Assembly: GCA_016927695.1 (NCBI GenBank)
Contig: JAFGME010000297.1
Span: 1-12,438 of the forward strand
Direction: 5' to 3'
Length of the DNA: 12,438 nucleotides
Source of the DNA: Bacteroidales bacterium
GTDB taxonomy: Bacteria; Bacteroidota; Bacteroidia; Bacteroidales; JAFGHD01
The notes under the pieces were generated by a model. That model made no database searches. It was not told the origin of the DNA and was given only the letters and a program-made list of their open reading frames with translations. Shown here in pieces: positions 1 through 7,083 of the stretch; within the stretch, counting starts at the first letter, position 1; every line of letters begins with the position of its first letter. The position numbers and the translations under genes were made by a program.

Positions 1-3
1 ATC

Positions 4-204
4 TTACAGTTTTAACACTAAACGTGATCGGAATAATATCAATCCATCCGTCATAACCGGCGTAAACCGGTGCGCCGGAACAGATGTAGTTTCTGCATTC
101 CGGAACAAACGTAACATCCATTCTTTGCGACTTCCGGCAGAGCCATTTAACAAAGTAAGATAATAAGGCGTTGTTTGATCCTTTATTTGATAACCTGTTG
201 GCAT
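4..204 (-). CDS. Hypothetical protein, N-terminal part only (ORF runs off the left edge of the window); start 31 nt downstream of the GT2 gene stop, possibly co-transcribed
   Basis: Open reading frame with an ATG at 204-202, open to the window edge. No recognisable motif in its 66 aa. Position immediately downstream of and co-directional with the GT2 gene. A competing open frame on the plus strand (2..166) cannot be excluded. Confidence 0.3.
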   Translation of the reverse strand: MPTGYQIKDQTTPYYLTLLNGSAGSRKEWMLRLFRNAETTSVPAHRFTPVMTDGLILFRSRLVLKL

Positions 205-235
205 TGTGCATCACATGTAGCCAGGGTTTCCATTG

Positions 236-982
236 TCAGGTATTTTTATATAGCCTTGAGCCCAGGATTTTATTTTTAGCCATAAAATGCCTTATACTTA
301 CCGCCAGAACTCCCATCCCATACACAAGGCTCCTTCTGACATTAATGGAAGAAGCTTCCCTGAAGTATCTTGTGGGGCAGGTGATCTCGGCGATTTCAAT
401 GTTTTTGAAAATGATCTGCGACAGCATCTGGTTGTCGAAAATGAAGTCGTCGGAATTCTTATGGTAGGCTATCTGTCTCAGCACATCAGCCGAAAAAGCC
501 CGGAAACCGGTATGGTATTCAGATAATTTCTGATTCAAAAAGATGTTTTGCACAAAAGTCAGCAACCGGTTGGCGATATACTTATAAAACGGCATTCCGC
601 CGCGGAGCGCGCCGTTGCCAAGGATCCGTGAACCAAGCGCCACCCGATAAACGTCATTTGCAATGAGGTAGGCCATGGAGTGGATCAGCTTCGGGGTATA
701 CTGGTAATCGGGGTGCAGCATCACCACGATATCGGCCCCAAGTTCCAACGCTTTGTTATAGCAGGTTTTCTGGTTTGCTCCGTACCCTTTATTTTCCTTA
801 TGGACAATGATGTGCCGTATACCAAGCTCCCTTGCCTTACCTATGGTATCGTCTCGGCTTGCGTCGTCAACAAGCACAACTTCGTCCACGATATCGAAGG
901 GGATCTCAGAGTATGTTTTTTCAAGGGTCTGCACTGCATTGTATGCAGGCAATACCACCACGATTTTTTTTCCGCTGATCAT
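236..982 (-). CDS. Glycosyltransferase family 2 protein (DPM1/polyprenyl-phosphate sugar synthase-like, soluble, 248 aa)
   Basis: N-terminus KKIVVVLPAYNAVQTLEKT...VDDASRDDT...HKENKGYGANQKTCYNKALELGADIVVMLHPDYQY is a classic GT-A fold, with a DxD-like 'VDD' and the Dpm1/ArnC-like signature. No C-terminal TM helices. ATG at 982, TGA at 236. Confidence 0.85.
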   Translation of the reverse strand: MISGKKIVVVLPAYNAVQTLEKTYSEIPFDIVDEVVLVDDASRDDTIGKARELGIRHIIVHKENKGYGANQKTCYNKALELGADIVVMLHPDYQYTPKLIHSMAYLIANDVYRVALGSRILGNGALRGGMPFYKYIANRLLTFVQNIFLNQKLSEYHTGFRAFSADVLRQIAYHKNSDDFIFDNQMLSQIIFKNIEIAEITCPTRYFREASSINVRRSLVYGMGVLAVSIRHFMAKNKILGSRLYKNT

Positions 983-1070
983 TCCAATCTCAATTGTTCA
1001 TCCAAGGGCTCGCCATTGAAATAATTATCATCTGGTTTAGAGAAACGGCCCGTCTTCAGGAAGAATTAGC

Positions 1071-2738
1071 TTACTTATCTTTTGGCTTGACCGGCGCTTT
1101 CCCTGATTCATCATTAGTATTTTTCGCATCTTCCTTTCCCGGATCATTTGCGCTGCCGGTGACATCTTCATATCCGGGATCTTCTTTTTTCCCTTTGAGA
1201 TATTCCGGGAGTTCCAGCCCTGCCATTTTGAATATTTCATCAAACGGGGGTATGGATTTCAACATGCCTGCTAAAAAACTCGCAGAAGTGGGGGTGTTAT
1301 CCCCTTTACCGCCTCCCATGGAATCCCAAACGGTGATCTTATCGATTTTGAGGTTTTTGATCGCTTCAACCTGTGTTTTGACAAGTTCAGGAAGTTTATC
1401 TGCAATCATGAGCAATGCAGCTTCCCTGGCGTTGCTGTTGGCGGCATCCACCAGTTTCTGGAACCCGATGGCCTGCTTGGAAAGCACCTCAAGGATACCC
1501 TGCGCTTCCGCCTGCTTTTTCACGAGGATGGCATCGGCCTCGCCTTTTGCAATGCGCCTTATCTGTTCGGCGCTGGCTTCCGCATCAATCTCCGCTTTTC
1601 TTTTGTCGATTTCAGCCGGAACCACTATATCTGCCGTTTTTGTGGCCCTTTCCCTGTCGGCTCTTTCCATTTCGGCTTTCTCCTGTGCGCGGTACCCTTC
1701 TTCGAGGGCCTGGGCTTCTTTCACTTTCTCTGCGGCAATGGCAAGCCTTCTGGCTTCAGCTTCCTTTTCTCTTCTGTTCGCATCAGAATTGGCAATGGTT
1801 ATTTTTGCAATATTCTCACCCTCAACGGCAACAGCATTGGCTTCAGAAGTTTTAACACGTTCGAGGCGGTTGGCATCCGCTTCCCCGACTTTTGCATTGG
1901 CATCTGCATTGGCAATCTGTATGCGTTCCTTTTTATTGGCCTCTGCCTCACCGATTTTCGCAGTGGCCACAGCATCGGCAACCAAAACCCTTTCTTTCTG
2001 ATTGGCATTGGCTTCCCCAATCATTGCTCCGGCATTGGCATCAGCAACCTTCACCCTTTGTTCCATGTGGGCCTCTGCTTCACCGATGGAGCCATCCCTG
2101 TTTTTCTCGGCCACACTTTTTTTGGCATCGTTGATGGCTTTTGCGGCAGCCTCTTTTCCCAGGGCTTCAATATATCCCGATTCATCGCGGATGTCGGTAA
2201 CATTCACATTGATCAGCCTCAGGCCTATTTTCTGCAGTTCGGCTTCCACATTCTGGCTGACGTTCATCAAAAATTTATCCCTGTCACTGTTGATCTCTTC
2301 TATTTCCATGGTGGCGATCACAAGCCTGAGCTGCCCGAAAATGATATCCTTGGCGAGTTCCTGTATATGACTCATTTCCAGGCCCAGCAAACGTTCCGCT
2401 GCATTGGTCATCACGTGAGGATCTGTTGAGATGCCCACTGTAAACCGGGAGGGAACGTCCACGCGTATGTTCTGACGGCTGAGGGCATTGGTAAGGTTTA
2501 CCTCGATGGAAATAGGGGTGAGATCAAGAAAGGCATAATTCTGGATGACTGGCCAGATAAATGAGGCCCCACCGTGGTTGGTACGTGCCGACCGGGTTAT
2601 TCCTTCCTTGGTTTTTCCGGTTTTACCGTAAATCACCAGGATTTTGTCAGAAGGACAACGTTTGTATCTTGAAAACAGGGCCAGGATGGAGATGAATGCC
2701 ACCACGATCAGGGCTACAATTGCAACAAGTGAATACAT
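1071..2738 (-). CDS. Flotillin-family SPFH/band-7 protein (YqiK/FloT-like), 555 aa, N-terminal membrane anchor plus a long Ala/Glu-rich coiled-coil repeat region
   Basis: N-terminal hydrophobic helix MYSLVAIVALIVVAFISILALF. SPFH core (…VIQNYAFLDLTPISIEVNLTNALSRQNIRVDVPSRFTVGIS…ELAKDIIFGQLRLVIATMEIEEINSDRDKF…). Then ~230 aa of EA-type repeats (…ERVKVADANAGAMIGEANANQKERVLVADAVATAKIGEAEANKKERIQIANADANAKVGEADANRLERV…) typical of bacterial flotillins. Stop 30 nt after the upstream NfeD-like gene. Confidence 0.9.
   Translation of the reverse strand: MYSLVAIVALIVVAFISILALFSRYKRCPSDKILVIYGKTGKTKEGITRSARTNHGGASFIWPVIQNYAFLDLTPISIEVNLTNALSRQNIRVDVPSRFTVGISTDPHVMTNAAERLLGLEMSHIQELAKDIIFGQLRLVIATMEIEEINSDRDKFLMNVSQNVEAELQKIGLRLINVNVTDIRDESGYIEALGKEAAAKAINDAKKSVAEKNRDGSIGEAEAHMEQRVKVADANAGAMIGEANANQKERVLVADAVATAKIGEAEANKKERIQIANADANAKVGEADANRLERVKTSEANAVAVEGENIAKITIANSDANRREKEAEARRLAIAAEKVKEAQALEEGYRAQEKAEMERADRERATKTADIVVPAEIDKRKAEIDAEASAEQIRRIAKGEADAILVKKQAEAQGILEVLSKQAIGFQKLVDAANSNAREAALLMIADKLPELVKTQVEAIKNLKIDKITVWDSMGGGKGDNTPTSASFLAGMLKSIPPFDEIFKMAGLELPEYLKGKKEDPGYEDVTGSANDPGKEDAKNTNDESGKAPVKPKDK
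1478..2168 (-). repeat. Intragenic degenerate tandem repeats (GCA/GCC/GAA-rich) encoding the Ala/Glu 'EA-repeat' coiled-coil region of flotillin
   Basis: Recurrent DNA motifs (gcattggcatc…, gcattggcttc…) and protein repeats (…ADANA…GEAEAN…KERV…). These also produce the long low-complexity antisense ORF 994..2001. Confidence 0.5.
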
Positions 2739-2768
2739 ATTGTACAGGTTTTAAAAACTAATATTCGA

Positions 2769-3428
2769 TTATTTCTCTGCCTTTTCAACCACCAGGATGC
2801 TGTTGCTGACAATGCCAACCACCTTTACCACGGTTCCCGTTTTCAGGTCTTCATCCGCCCGTGTAATCGCCTGCATCTCCCTGATCGAACCCTGTATGGG
2901 GATTTGAACCTGACCTACATTGCCTCCTTTGGCCTTAATGGGAATATAAACATTGCCGGTCTGATGAAGAGCGGTTTCCACCCTCAGACCGCCTCCGCTG
3001 TCCTGCAACTTACTTATAAAATAGAACAGAGTGGTGATGATAACCATAGCGAACAGGCCGGCAGCCACCGCAATGATGATCGTCAGGGGCCTGGATGCGC
3101 CCTCATTCCATGCCGCAATGCCTCCCCACCCGAACAGGGTGAAAAAAGCAATAAAATTTCTTATGGTAAAAAAGTGGAAGGATGGATCCATATCAACAAC
3201 GGTATCTGAAGCCGAAGAAGTATCCATGCTTTCCGTGATGTCTGCGCCGGGTTCTGTTTCGAGGTCGAGACCGGAAACATCGGTTTCCCCGCCTCCGATA
3301 TCCGAATCGCTGCCTCCCATGCCGGCAAAGGTTAGTACCATCTGTATGATTAGGATAACAGAGAAAGGTATGGCAATATACCAGAACACTACCTCAAACG
3401 AATCAAGGGAAGCCCACCATTCGCTCAT
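2769..3428 (-). CDS. NfeD/YqiJ-like membrane protein (flotillin partner; DUF1449-type with a C-terminal OB-fold beta-barrel), 219 aa
   Basis: Two or more TM segments (FEVVFWYIAIPFSVILIIQMVLTFAG; FIAFFTLFGWGGIAAW; LTIIIAVAAGLFAMVIITTLFYF). An acidic Gly/Ser/Asp-rich loop. C-terminal 'NVYIPIKAKGGNVGQVQIPIQGSIREMQAITRADEDLKTGTVVKVVGIVSNSILVVE' resembles the NfeD OB-fold. It sits directly upstream of, and is coupled with, a flotillin gene, the conserved yqiJ-yqiK / yuaF-floT arrangement. Confidence 0.75.
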   Translation of the reverse strand: MSEWWASLDSFEVVFWYIAIPFSVILIIQMVLTFAGMGGSDSDIGGGETDVSGLDLETEPGADITESMDTSSASDTVVDMDPSFHFFTIRNFIAFFTLFGWGGIAAWNEGASRPLTIIIAVAAGLFAMVIITTLFYFISKLQDSGGGLRVETALHQTGNVYIPIKAKGGNVGQVQIPIQGSIREMQAITRADEDLKTGTVVKVVGIVSNSILVVEKAEK

Positions 3429-3451
3429 ATTTTACAGTATAAATAAAGTAA

Positions 3452-3459
3452 CAAATATA
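3452..3459 (-). promoter_or_regulatory. Candidate Bacteroidota sigma-A -7 box (TATATTTG = TAnnTTTG) for the NfeD-flotillin operon
   Basis: Perfect match to the Bacteroides -7 consensus TAnnTTTG, 23 nt upstream of the NfeD ATG, within a 112-nt AT-rich spacer. Confidence 0.4.
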
Positions 3460-3540
3460 ATAAATCCTCAGGAAGGGCTTAATTATTTTTTACACCCCGG
3501 TTATTTATAAAGAATATAAATAAGAACATCACAAACCCGG

Positions 3541-5007
3541 CTAATCAGGAATCCTGAACCAATCCTGTACAACATAAGTTCTGTCTTCGGGCTCACTGAT
3601 ATGGCGGAATTCATTTTTTTTGTTGTTGTAAATATAATCCTTCTGCCATTCATTGATACGTGAGGTGATCTCATGAAGGGCCTGAATGAAATACTCAAGT
3701 TCTTCATCGGTCATGGTAGGATGAAGCGACAACCTGACCCATCCCGGTTTCACGGAAAGGTCGCCGGAGTTGATCCTGCGCGTAATCTCATGAGAATATT
3801 CATAACTCACATCAAGCAGGTAATGCCCGTAAGTGCCGGCACAGGCACAACCTCCCCTCACCTGAATGCCATACCTGTCGTTCAGTATTTTCACAAGGAG
3901 GTTGTAATGCATCCCGTCAATATAAAAAGAGATCACCCCCAGCCTGTCCTCCACATTGTCAGCCAGAATGTTCATCCCCTTCACAAGGCGCAGCTTTTCA
4001 AATGCTTTTCCCACAAGTTCTTCTTCTCTTTTCCTGATATTTTCTGTCCCCATGTTGTTTTTCAGTTCGATACAGAGGGCAGTACGGATGGCCTGGAGAA
4101 ATCCGGGAGTGCCGCCGTCTTCGCGGATTTCAATGTCATCAATGTATTTATATTCGCCCCAGGGGTTGGTCCAGTCCACTGTACCTCCTCCCGGCTGGTC
4201 AGGGGTTGGGCTGTGATACAGGCTGGAATCAAAAATAAGCACTCCCGAGCTGCCTGGCCCGCCTAAAAATTTATGGGGTGAAAAAAAAATGGCATCCAGT
4301 TTTTCCATAGGATCCTCAGGATGCATATTGATATCTACATAAGGCGCTGAAGCTGCAAAATCAATAAAACACTGGCCCCCGTATTCGTGCATAACCCGTG
4401 CCATTTCATGGTAAGGAGTGACAATACCGGTTACATTGGAACAGGCAGTAAATGAACCTATTTTCAGCATTCTGTCCTTGTATTTCCCAATTTCCTGTCT
4501 CAGCCGCTCCGTGTCGATGAGCAAGCCTTTTCCGGGAGGCACCACAACAACATCGGCCATGGTTTCGAGCCAGGAGGTCTGATTGGAATGATGCTCCATG
4601 TGGGTGAGGAAAATCACGGGCCGTTCCCTTTCCCTGAAGCATGGCCTGCCATGAAGTTCGCTGCAGTGTTTCAAACCCAGTATCCTCTGAAACTTATTAA
4701 TCACCCCGGTCATCCCAAAGCCGGTGGTGATGATTACATCCTCAGGCCCGGCATTCACATGCTGTTTGATCTTTTTATGGGCTAAGTGATATGCTTTGGT
4801 CATCAGCGTACCTGTTTCTGAAGTTTCGGTATGTGTGTTTCCCACATAAGGCCCGAAAGTATTGGTGATGATGTCCTCAATGGGCCTGTAAAGCCTGCCG
4901 CTGGCAATCCAGTCGGCATAGATCATTTTTTTCCTGCCGAAAGGGGTATTGAACATGAGTTCGTTGCCGAGGATATTCTCCCTGTATTTTCTAAAATAGG
5001 CTTCCAT
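3541..5007 (-). CDS. Aminotransferase class V-fold PLP-dependent enzyme (cysteine desulfurase/selenocysteine lyase-like), 488 aa
   Basis: Fold-type I PLP enzyme pattern. PLP-lysine motif 'AIFFSPHKFLGGPGSSGVL' (cf. NifS/CsdA 'S.HK'). Upstream 'CFIDFAASAPYVDINM' aspartate region. Glycine-rich 'ITTGFGMTG'. Size and order match the class V family. ATG at 5007, TAG at 3541. Confidence 0.85.
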   Translation of the reverse strand: MEAYFRKYRENILGNELMFNTPFGRKKMIYADWIASGRLYRPIEDIITNTFGPYVGNTHTETSETGTLMTKAYHLAHKKIKQHVNAGPEDVIITTGFGMTGVINKFQRILGLKHCSELHGRPCFRERERPVIFLTHMEHHSNQTSWLETMADVVVVPPGKGLLIDTERLRQEIGKYKDRMLKIGSFTACSNVTGIVTPYHEMARVMHEYGGQCFIDFAASAPYVDINMHPEDPMEKLDAIFFSPHKFLGGPGSSGVLIFDSSLYHSPTPDQPGGGTVDWTNPWGEYKYIDDIEIREDGGTPGFLQAIRTALCIELKNNMGTENIRKREEELVGKAFEKLRLVKGMNILADNVEDRLGVISFYIDGMHYNLLVKILNDRYGIQVRGGCACAGTYGHYLLDVSYEYSHEITRRINSGDLSVKPGWVRLSLHPTMTDEELEYFIQALHEITSRINEWQKDYIYNNKKNEFRHISEPEDRTYVVQDWFRIPD

Positions 5008-5130
5008 AAAAACACTTTGTTAATAACTGCAAAACTGTCTTTTCATGAAACAGACAAAATTGACGGCCCGCCGGTTGGGTTGTTTTTCAACAGAATCTGA
5101 AGGCCACGGTTTTCCGGTGCAATGTGGGGT

Positions 5131-6984
5131 TTAATCTTTCAGGCATCTGACGGAAAGCCCCTCCTTAACATCATTAAGGGTTCTGAAAATCCCGGTAGTA
5201 TTGCCGGACACGGCATGCCTCCAGGCTTTGCCTCCCTCCGATGTTGTACTCCAGAAGTTTCCGTAGTTATTGATGGCATAATACAGTCCGTTATTAAGCC
5301 TGGATCCTGCAAGGAGGGCATCAAATCCGGAGGTTCCGCTGAGCTTCAGTTGTGTACCCTGATCCACGCCCCTGAGCCCTGTTTTTGCTGCATTGGCCTG
5401 ATCTATCCCCAGACTAATGGCAAGTGCATTCCATTCCTGGTCGCCGGGCACATGCCAGCCATCAGGGCAAACGCCCCGGATGCGGGAGCCGGATGCATAC
5501 TGAAGGGCCTCGCCCCATTGGTAAAGGGCGCCGTATTCATCGCAGTTGGTGGCATTATCATCATAACAATACTTCTCAACGGTTGTATTGTCCGCCTGAT
5601 CAGCAGTACCGGAGATCATATTTCCGTAATTCATGTTCTCTCCCATCCAGCATTGCCCTTTGATGAGCGCTGTTTTATAGGATTGCCCGTCCCTCAGATC
5701 AGTCAGCGGGAATCCACAGCTCCAGAAACTGACGATCACTTCATCGGAAGAGGTGCCGCATTCATTGGTTATACTCCACTTCAGCACGTATGTAGAACCT
5801 GTTTTTCCAGAGAAGGTAGTCTTCGGGTTTTTCGAATCGCTGAAATTGCCCCCTTCTCCCTGTGACACCGACCAGGCTCCGGTTCCGATCTGTGGCGTAT
5901 TTCCCGCCAGCATCGTACTGGTACCTGAAACGGTAGGCTGATCAGGACCTGCATTGGCAGGGGTGGGCTGGGGTGTACATGAACCGCACAGCTCAATCCA
6001 GTTGCTGCCGCTGAAAAAGTTGAGGCAGGCAGTTTCAATGTTGAAGACCATCAGACCGGGTGCGGGACTGGGAATGGAATTTCTTTGAATGGTAGTCATC
6101 CGCGGGGGCAGGAAACCTTTGAGTTCCGAGTTCACCTCCAAGGCAGCGCTCGGAACCGGGGCAGGGGTTCCAACGCCCACTGCTCCTCCGTTATAAACCA
6201 GTGTGTTTCCTGACATTGCCCATCTGGATGGCGCAGTGTTGGTGATCACCGTATCGGTGATGCTTAACCCGGCGCCGGCAGAATAACGCGTGTTATGATC
6301 TGTGAATGATCCGCCCCCCTTGCTCAGGGTGATCAGATCGTCGTTTCTGGTGAGTTGCTGTATCTCGTTGAAGGCGCTCGTGTCACTGAAATTGAAAGGC
6401 AGTTCAACTTCATTCCCGTTATGAATATAAAGCCGGTTGTCGTGAAACTGTAAAGTCTGATTGTCTCCCATATTCAGGTCAACCCCTCCTCCGCCTTTGG
6501 ACAAAACAATGGAATCGTTGCTCATGCTGAGGCGCTGGATCTCGTTGGCCGGATCGGCATCGGCATCGTCAACGTTGGTGGCCCTCTGGGCGTAAAGTGC
6601 AAACGGGACAGAAAGAAGTTTCTGTGTGGGCATCAGCATAAAATTCTTGCCGCCGAGTTCGTCCATCTTGAGATAAAAATCCCCTTTAACCCATTCTATA
6701 TCGCCAAAACCACCTGACTTATCCGCGCCATTTCCCACCTGAAGGCTCAACATTCCGAAATTATCGGTGGTTGAGTTGTGGGTTTCACTATACACTATAC
6801 TGCCATTGGCGCTGCCGTCGAGGATGCTGATGCGGAGATTCACAGGGGTGTTGGTGGCGATGTTGCCGTTATACGTTCTGACTAAAAACTCGAATTTGAA
6901 AGCCTGAGGAACCTGTGCAAATGACAGGTTTATGATCATCATAACAACTGCGGCCGCTCCGGCCATCCTTTTACATGCCCTCAT
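5131..6984 (-). CDS. Secreted multi-domain protein: signal peptide + two tail-fibre-like repeats + Pro-rich linker + Ig-like (PKD-like) module + C-terminal FISUMP (Fibrobacter succinogenes major paralogous) domain
   Basis: The maximal ORF reaches 7011 (MINPVNRYC…). The in-frame ATG at 6984 gives a canonical signal peptide, MRACKRMAGAAAVVMMIINLSFA|QV. Two ~40-aa repeats: NEIQRLSMSNDSIVLSKGGGGVDL and NEIQQLTRNDDLITLSKGGGSFTD. 'NAGPDQPTVSGTSTMLAGNTPQIGTGAWSVSQGEG…YVLKWSITNECGTSSDEVIV' is the Bacteroidota Ig-like module. The C-terminus 'CPDGWHVPGDQEWNAL…GFDALLAGSR…NYGNFWSTTS…WRHAV…GLSVRCLKD' matches the FISUMP/TIGR02145 pattern. No Cys lipobox and no obvious T9SS C-terminal domain. Confidence 0.8.
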   Translation of the reverse strand: MRACKRMAGAAAVVMMIINLSFAQVPQAFKFEFLVRTYNGNIATNTPVNLRISILDGSANGSIVYSETHNSTTDNFGMLSLQVGNGADKSGGFGDIEWVKGDFYLKMDELGGKNFMLMPTQKLLSVPFALYAQRATNVDDADADPANEIQRLSMSNDSIVLSKGGGGVDLNMGDNQTLQFHDNRLYIHNGNEVELPFNFSDTSAFNEIQQLTRNDDLITLSKGGGSFTDHNTRYSAGAGLSITDTVITNTAPSRWAMSGNTLVYNGGAVGVGTPAPVPSAALEVNSELKGFLPPRMTTIQRNSIPSPAPGLMVFNIETACLNFFSGSNWIELCGSCTPQPTPANAGPDQPTVSGTSTMLAGNTPQIGTGAWSVSQGEGGNFSDSKNPKTTFSGKTGSTYVLKWSITNECGTSSDEVIVSFWSCGFPLTDLRDGQSYKTALIKGQCWMGENMNYGNMISGTADQADNTTVEKYCYDDNATNCDEYGALYQWGEALQYASGSRIRGVCPDGWHVPGDQEWNALAISLGIDQANAAKTGLRGVDQGTQLKLSGTSGFDALLAGSRLNNGLYYAINNYGNFWSTTSEGGKAWRHAVSGNTTGIFRTLNDVKEGLSVRCLKD

Positions 6985-7035
6985 ACAATACCGGTTTACA
7001 GGGTTGATCATTTTTTCTTGTGATTAATTATGTTG

Positions 7036-7043
7036 CGAAATTA
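7036..7043 (-). promoter_or_regulatory. Possible -7-like box (TAATTTCG, one mismatch to TAnnTTTG) upstream of the FISUMP-domain gene
   Basis: 24 nt upstream of the 7011 ATG (51 nt from the 6984 ATG), in a 72-nt AT-rich spacer. Weak. Confidence 0.2.
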
Positions 7044-7083
7044 GAAAATTATTTCTCATTTTATCGAAATAAAAAACAAATAA

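Noticed and set aside
1037-1243. 68-aa Lys/Met-rich minus-strand ORF
   Set aside because: Out-of-frame overlap with the 3' end of the flotillin gene. The composition is an artefact of the frame shift.
994-2001. 335-aa plus-strand ORF with extreme Ala/Ser/Leu low-complexity translation
   Set aside because: It lies entirely antisense to the flotillin gene. It is open only because the sense strand is GCN/GAA-rich repeats, which rarely produce stops in the antisense frame. No start context and no homology-like features.
3031-4266. Plus-strand ORFs 3031..3510 (159 aa) and 3673..4266 (197 aa)
   Set aside because: Antisense to the NfeD-like and aminotransferase genes respectively. No recognisable motifs, and the sense-strand genes are well supported.
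5031-5060. Imperfect palindrome around TTTCATGAAA (ctgtcttttcatgaaacagac) just upstream of the aminotransferase ATG
   Set aside because: Only a 10-bp perfect core with imperfect flanks in an AT-rich leader. It could be chance, and I cannot tie it to a known operator or terminator, since no U-tract follows on the minus strand.
5122-5865. 247-aa plus-strand ORF
   Set aside because: Fully embedded antisense to the FISUMP-domain gene, whose minus-strand reading has clear domain signatures.
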